A stretch of 64,000 nucleotides of DNA from Alphaproteobacteria bacterium (GTDB lineage Bacteria > Pseudomonadota > Alphaproteobacteria > Rs-D84): assembly GCA_017528045.1 (NCBI GenBank), contig JAFXPG010000005.1, positions 77,834 through 141,833 of the forward strand. Direction: 5' to 3'. Shown piece by piece: positions 27,696 through 37,218 of this stretch; positions within the stretch are counted from its first letter, which is position 1; every line of letters starts with the position of its first letter. The notes beneath the pieces were generated by a model. The model was not told the DNA's origin. It saw only the letters and a program-made list of their open reading frames with translations, and ran no database searches. A program made the position numbers and the translations under genes.

Positions 27696-27725
27696 ATTCT
27701 AATAAATTTTTAATTGTCTGTGCAA
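27696..27725 (-). promoter_or_regulatory. Candidate promoter for the leader
   Basis: On the minus strand: TTGCAC (27725..27720), an 18-nt spacer, then TAGAAT (27701..27696). Confidence 0.3.
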
Positions 27726-27768
27726 GTATAATTTGATAAAATATTGATATGAAAATAAAGGGGAAGAT

Positions 27769-28467
27769 ATGCCTAAGAAAACTGTGAAAAAAACTGTGAA
27801 ATCAAATAATGAAATTTATTTTGATAACGAAAATTTAAAATTGATATTAATTTGTTTCTTGTTTGGTGTTTTTGGCGTTCATAAATTTATGCAAGGCAAA
27901 AAAGGTCAAGGTATTTGCTTTATTTTACTAGATTTAACCGTATTTGGTATATTGGTATCTTTTATTTGGGCTTTTTGTAATTTAATTTCTTTTACTTTCC
28001 AAAAAAACAACAAAATCGGAAATATGATTGTCGGAACTGTTTGTTTGTGTGGTGGTTTGTTCGGTTGGCCAACATATTTTGATAATGCAAAAACTGTAAT
28101 TATCAAAGAATCTGTTACAACAATGAATGAAAACGTTTCTTTTGAAGAAAATTTGTTATGTGAATTAAGAAGATATGATATTCCTAATTTGTCTTATTTT
28201 GTGTATGTAAAAGCTAATTCTGATGCTGCGGATATAATTATCGGAGATTCTGACAGAAAGATAAAATTACCTGTTAAAATTTATGGTGAAAAATTAAAAG
28301 TATATGAAGGTTTTATGGATTGGTCAGTGCCTGATATAAAAATAACAGACTCTTCTAATCCAATGGATAAAATCACTTTAAGAATCCAAGGATCAGATAT
28401 AAAAATATCCGGAAAATTAGAAAGTGATACAGATTTTAATACTTATTATTGTACAATAATAAAATAA
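27769..28467 (+). CDS. TM2-domain membrane protein with an unknown C-terminal domain
   Basis: FGVFGVHKFMQGKKGQGICFILL is a TM2-domain motif. A GGGGAAG RBS precedes the gene. Confidence 0.7.
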   Translation: MPKKTVKKTVKSNNEIYFDNENLKLILICFLFGVFGVHKFMQGKKGQGICFILLDLTVFGILVSFIWAFCNLISFTFQKNNKIGNMIVGTVCLCGGLFGWPTYFDNAKTVIIKESVTTMNENVSFEENLLCELRRYDIPNLSYFVYVKANSDAADIIIGDSDRKIKLPVKIYGEKLKVYEGFMDWSVPDIKITDSSNPMDKITLRIQGSDIKISGKLESDTDFNTYYCTIIK

Positions 28468-28468
28468 T

Positions 28469-28496
28469 AAAAAACCGCCCAAAGGCGGTTTTTTTA
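28469..28496. terminator. Bidirectional intrinsic terminator
   Basis: Stem aaccgcc/ggcggtt with an A-run upstream and a T-run downstream, between convergent genes. Confidence 0.85.
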
Positions 28497-28949
28497 TTAA
28501 GATATTTTTTCAATTCTGCGTATGCGTTTTTCACATTTATCGAACGGACTTTCCAGAAATGTTTGTGCGCACAAAAACGCAATTTCAATGTCAATATCAT
28601 CTGCAGCCAAAGCCAGAACGTTAATATCGTCATGGAATCTGTCATCGCGAGCCTGCTCTGGTCTTTCAACGCGGGATGCGCGCAAATGTCTGTATCTGTT
28701 TGCTGCTATTTCCATACCTGCCCCGGTGCCGCAAATTAAAATACCACGTGAATCTGGATTGTCTTGCATTTTTTCTGCCAATATTGCAGCAATATCTGGA
28801 AAATCTACCGGTGTTGTCAAATCATCTGTCCCCAGATTTACAACAGTATATCCATCAGCCATTAGCATTTCATAAAGGTATAATTTTAAACCTACACCGC
28901 GGTGGTCAGATGCAATATATACGGTTGCTTTAGATGTGTTTGTTGTCAT
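28497..28949 (-). CDS. rpiB: Ribose-5-phosphate isomerase B
   Basis: It is RpiB/LacAB family, with the motifs ASDHRG and ILICGTGAGMEIAANR. Confidence 0.9.
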   Translation of the reverse strand: MTTNTSKATVYIASDHRGVGLKLYLYEMLMADGYTVVNLGTDDLTTPVDFPDIAAILAEKMQDNPDSRGILICGTGAGMEIAANRYRHLRASRVERPEQARDDRFHDDINVLALAADDIDIEIAFLCAQTFLESPFDKCEKRIRRIEKIS

Positions 28950-29001
28950 TTTTCAATATCCTTTCTTTTTGCTAATTTGCAATCAAGTCCAGTGTTACCT
29001 G

Positions 29002-29295
29002 TTATGTTAAAGTGTTATAATACAATGTTCCGTTCATTTGTGCATTTGAAAATACATTAGCAATATTTACAGTAGCATTACCAATCAAATTACCATGTAA
29101 AAACAATGTGTTAGATTCTATATCACCAGTAACACTGCCCCCGCGACCAATAATAATTATATCTGCGGAAATGTTGCCTTTGACTTCACCATGAATTTGA
29201 ACAGTATGATCTGTTTGAATGTTGCCTTTTAAATGACAACCTGCGCCAATAATGGTTGGTGATTGTTTTTCATCTGCATTTGTGAACGCTAACAT
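29002..29295 (-). CDS. Bactofilin (polymer-forming cytoskeletal protein)
   Basis: 97 aa of beta-helical windings: LKGNIQTD, IHGEVKGNISAD, VTGDIESN and LHGNLIGN. Confidence 0.75.
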   Translation of the reverse strand: MLAFTNADEKQSPTIIGAGCHLKGNIQTDHTVQIHGEVKGNISADIIIIGRGGSVTGDIESNTLFLHGNLIGNATVNIANVFSNAQMNGTLYYNTLT

Positions 29296-29298
29296 CTT

Positions 29299-30582
29299 TT
29301 ATTCCTTTACAAAATTTACAGGGTTAAATGGATTGCCTTTATATCTTATTTCATAATGTAAATGTGGTCCCGTAGAACGACCAGAAGAACCACCAAGTCC
29401 AATTATGCTTCCAGGTCTTACCCAATCTCCACGTGAAACCATAATTTTTGATAAATGTGCGTATAAAGTTGTAAAACCTAAACCATGGTCTATTTCAACC
29501 GTTGTTCCATAACCACTGCGTTCGCCAGCTGAAATCACTCGTCCTGGTGCTACGGCGTATAATTCTGTGCCAATTTTGCCAGCAAAATCAATACCACGAT
29601 GTTGTTTGTTCTTTTTGGTAAAAGGATCTTTTCTGACACCATAACTTGATGTTATAACCTTTTTTGCTACTGGTGCCCCCAAAGGTAATATTTCAACCAA
29701 TCTTTTTAAACCGTGCCATTGTTCAATTTCACTGGCTACTTTTTTATATTTAGGGTCTGCATTTTTATTTAAAGGAATAGGATTATATGCACCACCAATC
29801 ATCTTATTAGAATAATTATTGGCTTGTTCTATTAATTTCTTTTCGTTTAATCCCAGTTTTGTAATGCTGTTGTTAATACGCTTTAAATTCGATTTTAATT
29901 CAGAAATGTTTTCTGATGTCATTTGAGATATTGCTTCTATGATTTTTTGGTCTGCATCAGCAATTTCTTGAGCCGCATCAGTTGTTTGAATTTGTTTTTG
30001 TTTTAAGATATCATTTTCATTACGAACTAATTCAAATTCAACAGATATTTCAGATATTTTATCGAATTCTGGTGTATAATTTTCGTCAGACATCATTTCT
30101 GATATACGATTTTGCAAGAAATCTAATTCCCCAGTAATTTTAGATTTTGTATTTAATAAATTTTCTTTATCAGAATCAGATAATTTAGATTTATCTGCAT
30201 TTAAAATTTTATCGTCTGTTATATTTAATGTTTTTGTTAAATCATTATATTTTTTCAAGTACACTTTTAAATCTGTCATTTGACGATTGTGTTGATTGCG
30301 AATTTGTTCTAATTGTTGGGTTCTTTTTTGTAATAATGGACGATGATATAAATATATATAAGTTGACCATGTTGCCCATATTGACATTGTGAATATAACA
30401 AAAAATTTAGTTAATCTTAAAAAAGTTGTTTGTTGGTATGTTGTAACATTACCATCGGCGGTGTTCATTATGGAACAATCTCGTGGTGGAAATATTCTTT
30501 CTATAACACGCCAAATCGCTTTAAATGGCGCAACTAATAATTCCCAAAGGGACGAAAAATATCTTGCTATAAAACTTATCAT
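29299..30582 (-). CDS. Membrane-anchored coiled-coil M23 (LytM-type) metallopeptidase
   Basis: It has an N-terminal TM helix, a long coiled coil, and the C-terminal motifs HRGIDFAG and GPHLHYEI. Confidence 0.9.
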   Translation of the reverse strand: MISFIARYFSSLWELLVAPFKAIWRVIERIFPPRDCSIMNTADGNVTTYQQTTFLRLTKFFVIFTMSIWATWSTYIYLYHRPLLQKRTQQLEQIRNQHNRQMTDLKVYLKKYNDLTKTLNITDDKILNADKSKLSDSDKENLLNTKSKITGELDFLQNRISEMMSDENYTPEFDKISEISVEFELVRNENDILKQKQIQTTDAAQEIADADQKIIEAISQMTSENISELKSNLKRINNSITKLGLNEKKLIEQANNYSNKMIGGAYNPIPLNKNADPKYKKVASEIEQWHGLKRLVEILPLGAPVAKKVITSSYGVRKDPFTKKNKQHRGIDFAGKIGTELYAVAPGRVISAGERSGYGTTVEIDHGLGFTTLYAHLSKIMVSRGDWVRPGSIIGLGGSSGRSTGPHLHYEIRYKGNPFNPVNFVKE

Positions 30583-31265
30583 AGTGAAGTAAGTGTAGTA
30601 AATAACTTATCAATAGTCAAGCCGGTCCTTAATATGCGATCGTCATTCATAGACAGACTTTGAAAAATAATAGTTCCTGTTTTTACACCTTGTTTTGCGC
30701 GTATTAAAACGCGTTCTGCAATATTTTTTGAACCAAATAATGGTAATATTTGGATGTCTCCAAAATGTTTTTGTTCTAATTTAGATATTATTTTATGTGC
30801 AAGCAGAACATCTGATATAATGCAAAAATAACCACCAGGTTTAACGCGTGCTATACAATTTTTTACCCAATCTTCAATATTTGCGTTGTGGTGTGCATTA
30901 TGTTTTGCAGGTGTTCCTTGGAAATATGGTGGATTTGTTATAACTAAATCAAAAGTTTTTGTCGTGTGCCAATTATTGATGTCTTGTTGTTTTAGTTGAA
31001 TATTTGTATTGTTTAATTCTATGTTTTTTTGACATTCTTGTAACATTTGTTCAGATGTATCAATTCCAATTATATCTAATTTTGGATTATGTGATAATAA
31101 ACACAAAGACACCCCACCCGTCCCAATTCCAACATCTAAAACATTTTTTATGTTTTGGGGTATATAGGCAGCCAGCCAAACCGCATCAGATGTAGGGTTA
31201 TAATTTCCGCGTTTAAAAATAACTTTACCATTTAAAAGAGTAAAATTTTCTTGTTTTTCTGTCAT
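30579..31265 (-). CDS. SAM-dependent N6-adenine methyltransferase (TrmN6/YfiC-like)
   Basis: It has the VLDVGIGTGGVSL SAM-binding motif and ITNPPYF. Its stop overlaps the M23 peptidase start (ATGA). The start is the ATG at 31265. Confidence 0.75.
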   Translation of the reverse strand: MTEKQENFTLLNGKVIFKRGNYNPTSDAVWLAAYIPQNIKNVLDVGIGTGGVSLCLLSHNPKLDIIGIDTSEQMLQECQKNIELNNTNIQLKQQDINNWHTTKTFDLVITNPPYFQGTPAKHNAHHNANIEDWVKNCIARVKPGGYFCIISDVLLAHKIISKLEQKHFGDIQILPLFGSKNIAERVLIRAKQGVKTGTIIFQSLSMNDDRILRTGLTIDKLFTTLTSL

Positions 31266-31303
31266 ACCTATATAATAATACAGCAAAACAAAAAGGCAAG
31301 TTT

Positions 31304-32296
31304 ATGTTTCAAAATATGGCTATAGCATCTACAGCAATCAGTTCTTTTAATAACGCAGCACTGTTTTCCCCATTGTTTTTGGTGGTGGCTGTATTGATGG
31401 CTCCTTTATTTTTGATGGTTTATAAATATGGTAAAAGTTTTGTTTCAGAATATGGATGGAACAAGAATAATTTTGAAAATAAAATTATATTATGGACATC
31501 TGTTATAACTGGTTTATGGTTGATATTATTTGGTGGAAATTATGCGGTAATGCGTGACAGTATATCTTTGCTTCCAACGTTTATATCTTTTGTTTTGTTT
31601 TGCTTAACAACAATCGTTTTTCAGCAATTATCAAATCTTGGTTATTTACAAAAAATACAATGTATTAAACATAAAAATTTGTATGCTTTATTATGTTTGT
31701 TGATTGTTGCTCTGTCCGGTGTTATGACATGGTGGGGTGTTTTGTTACAAATCAGTGCGGTGTTATGTGGAATGATAGTTGGTTGTCGTTTGAAAAGAAG
31801 AGTATCTTTATTTGGTTTAATGTCGGTTTTATCAGTATTGGTTGTTTTAATTTTAATGCAACCTGAATATTTCAGATTTGGTCAATTGGGAAATTTAACA
31901 TTTATTCATTTGATAAGTGTCTTTATAACATTATTTTTTGTTGTAACGGCTTTGGTTGTAAAATATGTTAAAACTGCAGGAAAAATTCACGACAGTGCTT
32001 ATATAAAATTAAAATGGATGTTCAGAATATTTTCTATATTAGCACTGGTTTTATTTATATTAACTGAATCTGTGCCGATCTTTATCGGTTTATTGGTTTG
32101 TATTGGAATATCAGAGTGTTTAACAGTTTATCATTCAAAAAATATAAATAATGATATTATAAAAATGTCTATCTCGTTGTTTTTACTGTGTTTTGGTGTG
32201 ATTACAATATGTCCTTTGATAAGTTCTTTAGGAATAATTTATATGTTATATAATCCAAATAACATAAAAGCAAAAGATTATATTGATTTGTTATAA
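31304..32296 (+). CDS. Polytopic membrane protein, unknown family
   Basis: 330 aa with about 9 hydrophobic helices. I see no recognisable motif. Confidence 0.6.
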   Translation: MFQNMAIASTAISSFNNAALFSPLFLVVAVLMAPLFLMVYKYGKSFVSEYGWNKNNFENKIILWTSVITGLWLILFGGNYAVMRDSISLLPTFISFVLFCLTTIVFQQLSNLGYLQKIQCIKHKNLYALLCLLIVALSGVMTWWGVLLQISAVLCGMIVGCRLKRRVSLFGLMSVLSVLVVLILMQPEYFRFGQLGNLTFIHLISVFITLFFVVTALVVKYVKTAGKIHDSAYIKLKWMFRIFSILALVLFILTESVPIFIGLLVCIGISECLTVYHSKNINNDIIKMSISLFLLCFGVITICPLISSLGIIYMLYNPNNIKAKDYIDLL

Positions 32297-32375
32297 TTTG
32301 TTATATTTATTGAATAACAATTTGTTTGATTTTTATATAAAATAAGCCATATAAATTAAGAAAAAAGAGAAAAAT

Positions 32376-33185
32376 ATGGCTACTGTTATTGATCCAAGTG
32401 CGGTTATTCAACCTGGTGCAGTTATTGGAAACGATTGTAAAATTGGACCTTTTTGTGTTATTGGTCCAGATGTAGTATTGGGTGATCGCGTAGAGTTAAT
32501 TTCTAATGTTGTTTTGGGTGGTAAAACATATATTGGTGATGATTCAATTGTTTACCCTTTTGCTGTATTGGGTGTTATGAGTCAAGATTTAAAATGGCAA
32601 GATGAATCAACCATGACAGGTTTACGTATTGGTAAAAGATGTAAAATTCGTGAATATGTTACAATTCATTCTGGGACCCCTGCTTCTGATGGAACAGAAA
32701 TTGGTGACGATTGTCAAATTATGGTTAATGCACACGTTGGACATGATTGTAAAATTGGTAACAGTGTTGTTATGTCTAATTTAGTTCAAGTTGCTGGACA
32801 CGTGGAAGTTGAAGATTTCGCAATTTTGTCTGGTGGTGTTATGGTATTGCAATTTGCACGTATTGGACGTAATGCGTTCATTGGCGGAATGAGCGGTGTT
32901 GGTAATGACGTTTTACCTTATGCTATTTATGATGGAACACGTGCTGTATATCGTACAATTAATCGAGTTGGTTTGATGAGACATGGTTTTACCAATGAAG
33001 ATATACATGCTATACATTCAGTGTATTCTGCGGTATTTGATAATGAAGAAGGTACAACTCTTGCGGACAGATTAAAGAAAGTTCGCAAAGAAGTTAAAAA
33101 TAATAAATATGCAATGGATGCCATAGATTTTATTGAAAATCGTTCTAAACGTGGTATTGGAAGTGCAAAAAATGAAAGCCACTAA
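32376..33185 (+). CDS. lpxA: Acyl-ACP--UDP-N-acetylglucosamine O-acyltransferase
   Basis: It has left-handed beta-helix hexapeptide repeats, a typical LpxA C-terminal helical domain, and the HVGHDC motif. Confidence 0.92.
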   Translation: MATVIDPSAVIQPGAVIGNDCKIGPFCVIGPDVVLGDRVELISNVVLGGKTYIGDDSIVYPFAVLGVMSQDLKWQDESTMTGLRIGKRCKIREYVTIHSGTPASDGTEIGDDCQIMVNAHVGHDCKIGNSVVMSNLVQVAGHVEVEDFAILSGGVMVLQFARIGRNAFIGGMSGVGNDVLPYAIYDGTRAVYRTINRVGLMRHGFTNEDIHAIHSVYSAVFDNEEGTTLADRLKKVRKEVKNNKYAMDAIDFIENRSKRGIGSAKNESH

Positions 33186-34290
33186 AAAGAATTTAAAAAT
33201 ATTTATCATAGCGGGTGAAGTATCTGGTGACGTGTTGGGTGCAAAGATAATGCACAATATGACAGGTATAGAATTTGTTGGAATCGGTGGTCAAAATATG
33301 ATTACCAATGGATTAAAATCTTTGTTTCCTATGTCTGATTTGTCTGTTATGGGTATATTTGAAGTAATTGGGCATCTTGGAACATTAAGCAAAAGAATAA
33401 AACAAACTGTATCTGAAATATTAAAAGAAAAACCAGATATTGTTTTAACTATAGATTCTCCTGGTTTTGTGCGTGCTGTGATAAACGGTGTAAAAAAGCA
33501 AGGCATATCAAAAAAAACAAAATTTTATCATGTTGTTGCACCACAGGTATGGGCTTGGCGTGAAGGTCGTGCAAAAAAATATGCTAAAACATTTGATAAA
33601 TTGTACGCATTTTTTGACTTTGAAATACCCTATTTTACAAAATATGGTTTAAAAACTGTTGCTGTTGGTCATCCAATAGCAGATGGTTTGAATACATATA
33701 AAGCATCAAACAATGAACAAAAAATAATAACTTTTGTTCCTGGCAGTCGTATTAGCGAAGTAAAAAAATTGCTTCCTTTATTTCATAGTGTTCAAGATAT
33801 GTTAATAAATTGTGGTTATAAAGATTATAGATTTATGATGCCAACAGTTGAAACAACAGATTCTTACATTCGTAAAGAAATTGTTAATTGGAAAAATAAA
33901 CCAGAAATCATATCTTCTGATAAAAGATATGATTTGTATGCAAATACATATATTGCTGTTGTGGCCAGTGGAACTGTATCTGCTGAATTAGCAATTATGC
34001 ATATTCCAACAATTGTTGTTTATAAAATGAACTTTTTAACATCTGTTTTAGCTAAGATATTGGTAAAAGTAAAATGGGCATCTTTGGTTAATATATTAAT
34101 GAACAAAACGATATTCCCAGAATTATTGGGACAAAAAGCAAATCCAAAAGCTGTTTTTGATTGTTTGCAAGAATTAACTTTACCATCAATTAGAAAAAAA
34201 ATGATTCAAGAGTTAAAAAATGCAGATAAAAAATGGACAAAAAATTCTAAAAATTCTGCACAAATGATAGCTGATGATATTTTAAAATAA
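33172..34290 (+). CDS. lpxB: Lipid-A-disaccharide synthase
   Basis: The N-terminus is IFIIAGEVSGDVLGAKIM. The start is the ATG at 33172, which overlaps lpxA by 14 nt. Confidence 0.9.
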   Translation: MKATKKNLKIFIIAGEVSGDVLGAKIMHNMTGIEFVGIGGQNMITNGLKSLFPMSDLSVMGIFEVIGHLGTLSKRIKQTVSEILKEKPDIVLTIDSPGFVRAVINGVKKQGISKKTKFYHVVAPQVWAWREGRAKKYAKTFDKLYAFFDFEIPYFTKYGLKTVAVGHPIADGLNTYKASNNEQKIITFVPGSRISEVKKLLPLFHSVQDMLINCGYKDYRFMMPTVETTDSYIRKEIVNWKNKPEIISSDKRYDLYANTYIAVVASGTVSAELAIMHIPTIVVYKMNFLTSVLAKILVKVKWASLVNILMNKTIFPELLGQKANPKAVFDCLQELTLPSIRKKMIQELKNADKKWTKNSKNSAQMIADDILK

Positions 34291-34307
34291 TTTAATTTAT
34301 TATTTTT

Positions 34308-36842
34308 CTAATTTGTATCACTGTTTGAATTATTAATTGATACTTTATGATGTGGCACTTTTTCTGTTAGTGTTTTGGAATAATCATTTTTATCTGTTGT
34401 TTTAAAATTGCAAGTTATAGTCAAAGTGTTTTCATCAGTTGTGCTATCAACAGTTGGACAAACTTGACCATAAGATGAAAATACTATTTGTTTACACCAT
34501 GAATTAGGCTCTCTTCTGACTGTTAAATATTTTGTTTTAAAGAAATCTGAAAAACGATTATTGCAAGTTGGGTCGTCTCCTGAAGTATTTTCTGTTGATG
34601 AATATACACGTAATAAAGGTGCACATATTTGTTCAGAACCATTTTTACTGCGATATCCACCATTTTCCCAACAAGAACAAATGCCCCAAGATTGAATATC
34701 TACTTTTAAATTATAATTTGCAGGACACATATATTCATTATCTATAAATTGATACCAATAATTTAATGATGTTGGTTGGCTGTAATCTATATAAAATAAA
34801 CTGGCAGGAGATTTTGTGTTTATTGTACATAAATTATCAGAATTATATCCATATTGTTTTGCGTTTGTATATTCAACAAAAAAACCTTTTAATGTATCGC
34901 ACTGTGCAGATAATATGTTTATAATATTATAATAAATTTCTGTTGCGACACCAGATGGTCTTATTATTCTGTCTTCGTTTTCTTCTGTTGAATATTTGTT
35001 ATCAGCTGTTTTATCAAAACCACCAAACACTTTTTCTAACATATCTGATGTGTTGCATCCTTCTGTTGCAAAAACTTCTTTTGCACAAGGGGATACGATA
35101 TTTTGATTATCGTCATATAATGTAAACCAATCTAAAGCATAACCAGATTTAAATAAGCCACTGGATGGATTGTAAAGATTTTCATAACTTGTTCCGCCAA
35201 ATTTATCAAAACACTGTTTTGCAATTGCTCGACAAGCTGTTTCAGAATCTGTATAATCTTTATTAGCCAAATATTTTTGTATAACATTATCACCAAATAA
35301 ATTATTACATGATTCTATATAATCAGAACACATAGTTGTTGTTAAAGATATAGATGCAGGTTGTAATAGTATGCTGGAATCACCAGTTAAATTAGCTATT
35401 GCATTGTTAACAGATGTTTTTTGGTTTTCATAACACGCAGCAACTAAAGAAAAACAGCTGTCTTGAATTTCTTTTACTTTCTCTTGTTGAGCAATATATA
35501 TATCCAATAATGCCCTGTCCAAATATTGTTGCCATACAGTATCTGATTGTTCGCTGCATTTATCCAATGCATCTTTTGCAAATTTTTTTGTTTTGTTTTC
35601 AAAGAAATTGATGAAATCTCGATTATTAGATATTTTTGACAGTTTTAAATCTTTGATATTATCGGTATTTTTAAATGTTAACAGAGTTCCCAATTTATAA
35701 AAATCTGAAATACCTGTCAAAGGTGCACCGGTTGTTACGTCTATAAATTGACCATAATCAAGGCATTTGTGATATCTGGCTCCACATACTTCTTCACTTT
35801 GAATTGCTTGTTCTACGTTTACTAAACAAGTTGCTATATCATCAGAATTGCGATTTTGTCTGTTTTCTACTCTGGCTAAATCTAACATTGCACTACTTTG
35901 ATGTGTTGCGCCTTTTAATGTTTTTTGTTGTGTTTTTAAAGCGGTTTCGACAGTATTGCAATCTTGTTCAATTGCCATTAAATACGCATTGACAGCACGT
36001 TGTAAAGATGCATTATTACAATCTTCTGAAACAGCATTACGACATTTTGGATAAATTGCTTTGTATAAAGTAGATCCGTTGTAAGATGCGATAATTTGAC
36101 CAGAATCATCCATTCCAAATGAATTAGATAAATCCGTACCAATTGACACACTGTTTAAACTTTCGTATTTACCACCAACAGATGATTTTTCGCCATTTAT
36201 AGCATTCATAATTGCTTGTAACAATTGTTTAGAAGCCGATTTGTCTTCTGTTAAGGCATTTTCGCCTTCTGATGCTGTTTTCATGGCGTTTGCTTGTTCT
36301 TTTGTCATTCCAACGACATCTAAATCTTCGGAAAATTCTGTTAAACGTTCACTGACTTTTTGATATTTATCAGAAATTTCTTGATAGTTATAAATTTTGT
36401 CACTGCAAGAACAACGTCTGAATTTATCATTTTTTAATGTGCAAAATTGATCCATACATGTAAAAAATGCGGTTTTACATTGTTCATATATTTCGCCTGT
36501 TTTTGTTTCAACAGAAGATTCTTTTTGTTCTGTTGCACGCGCTATAACATTGTTTTTGTTTACAGTACGATTATTTACAGCGGTTCTTGTTGCAATATTT
36601 CTGGTGTTTATAGTTCTTGATACAGGAGAATCTTTTTTTGTTAATATTGTTGTTGGTTTTGCACTGCGTGCAGACACCGTTGTTTTTACAGCGTTTCTTG
36701 ATACAGTAGAACGAGATGTTTTGTTTGTGGTTTTTATTGGCGTGTTTTTATTGCGAATCACAGTGTTTTCGCCACGTACAGCAGCCCCTGCTTCAGAAAA
36801 GCAAAGTATAAATGACAAAACAAAAATCAGAATTTTCTTCAT
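34308..36842 (-). CDS. Large cysteine-rich secreted protein (844 aa, orphan)
   Basis: The signal peptide is MKKILIFVLSFILCFSEAGA. A basic T/R/N/K-rich low-complexity N-terminal region follows, and then a long region with many paired cysteines (for example CKTAFFTCMDQFCTLKNDKFRRCSCS). I recognise no family. Confidence 0.75.
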   Translation of the reverse strand: MKKILIFVLSFILCFSEAGAAVRGENTVIRNKNTPIKTTNKTSRSTVSRNAVKTTVSARSAKPTTILTKKDSPVSRTINTRNIATRTAVNNRTVNKNNVIARATEQKESSVETKTGEIYEQCKTAFFTCMDQFCTLKNDKFRRCSCSDKIYNYQEISDKYQKVSERLTEFSEDLDVVGMTKEQANAMKTASEGENALTEDKSASKQLLQAIMNAINGEKSSVGGKYESLNSVSIGTDLSNSFGMDDSGQIIASYNGSTLYKAIYPKCRNAVSEDCNNASLQRAVNAYLMAIEQDCNTVETALKTQQKTLKGATHQSSAMLDLARVENRQNRNSDDIATCLVNVEQAIQSEEVCGARYHKCLDYGQFIDVTTGAPLTGISDFYKLGTLLTFKNTDNIKDLKLSKISNNRDFINFFENKTKKFAKDALDKCSEQSDTVWQQYLDRALLDIYIAQQEKVKEIQDSCFSLVAACYENQKTSVNNAIANLTGDSSILLQPASISLTTTMCSDYIESCNNLFGDNVIQKYLANKDYTDSETACRAIAKQCFDKFGGTSYENLYNPSSGLFKSGYALDWFTLYDDNQNIVSPCAKEVFATEGCNTSDMLEKVFGGFDKTADNKYSTEENEDRIIRPSGVATEIYYNIINILSAQCDTLKGFFVEYTNAKQYGYNSDNLCTINTKSPASLFYIDYSQPTSLNYWYQFIDNEYMCPANYNLKVDIQSWGICSCWENGGYRSKNGSEQICAPLLRVYSSTENTSGDDPTCNNRFSDFFKTKYLTVRREPNSWCKQIVFSSYGQVCPTVDSTTDENTLTITCNFKTTDKNDYSKTLTEKVPHHKVSINNSNSDTN

Positions 36843-36979
36843 CTCTTGATGAATTTTAGCAAATTTCTGAAATACAGAGCAAGCAAAAACATGAATTTTG
36901 TATATAAAAAAATTATATTTTTACTATTTTTCTTGTTGCAAAATAATAACAGATAGTTTATTATCTGTCGTGCTTTAAC

Positions 36980-37067
36980 GGGCATATGGCGGAATTGGTA
37001 GACGCGCTAGTTTCAGGTACTAGTGGTAGTTAATACCTTGGAAGTTCGAGTCTTCTTGTGCCCACCA
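36980..37067 (+). tRNA. tRNA-Leu (anticodon CAG)
   Basis: Acceptor gggcata/tgtgccc, anticodon arm ctagt-ttCAGgt-actag, a long variable arm, T-loop ttcgagt, and CCA. Confidence 0.9.
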
Positions 37068-37087
37068 TATGTTTTGAAGAGTGAAAT

Positions 37088-37163
37088 GGGGTTGTAGCTC
37101 AGTTGGTAGAGCGCTGCGTTCGCAATGCAGAGGTCGTGAGTTCGAATCTCATCAGCTCCACCA
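37088..37163 (+). tRNA. tRNA-Ala (anticodon CGC)
   Basis: The acceptor stem contains the G3:U70 pair, the anticodon loop is ttCGCaa, the T-loop is ttcgaat, and CCA is encoded. Confidence 0.9.
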
Positions 37164-37218
37164 AAATTATTTTGTGGAATTGTTACAAAATAAGTGTTAT
37201 AGTTAAAGCGAAGTCCTT

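Noticed and set aside
27500-27700. The structured intergenic RNA was considered as a known housekeeping ncRNA (6S, 4.5S/SRP RNA, tmRNA or RNase P).
   Set aside because: I could not find the conserved SRP domain IV motif, a tRNA-like acceptor/T-arm with CCA for tmRNA, RNase P conserved regions, or the long interrupted 6S helix with a central bubble. Its position directly upstream of a gene, ending in a hairpin, fits a cis-acting leader better.
32376-34290. lpxA lies directly next to lpxB, without fabZ/lpxD upstream or an lpxI-like gene between them.
   Set aside because: Gene order for lipid A genes varies between lineages, and the missing genes may simply be elsewhere. This is not informative without the whole genome.
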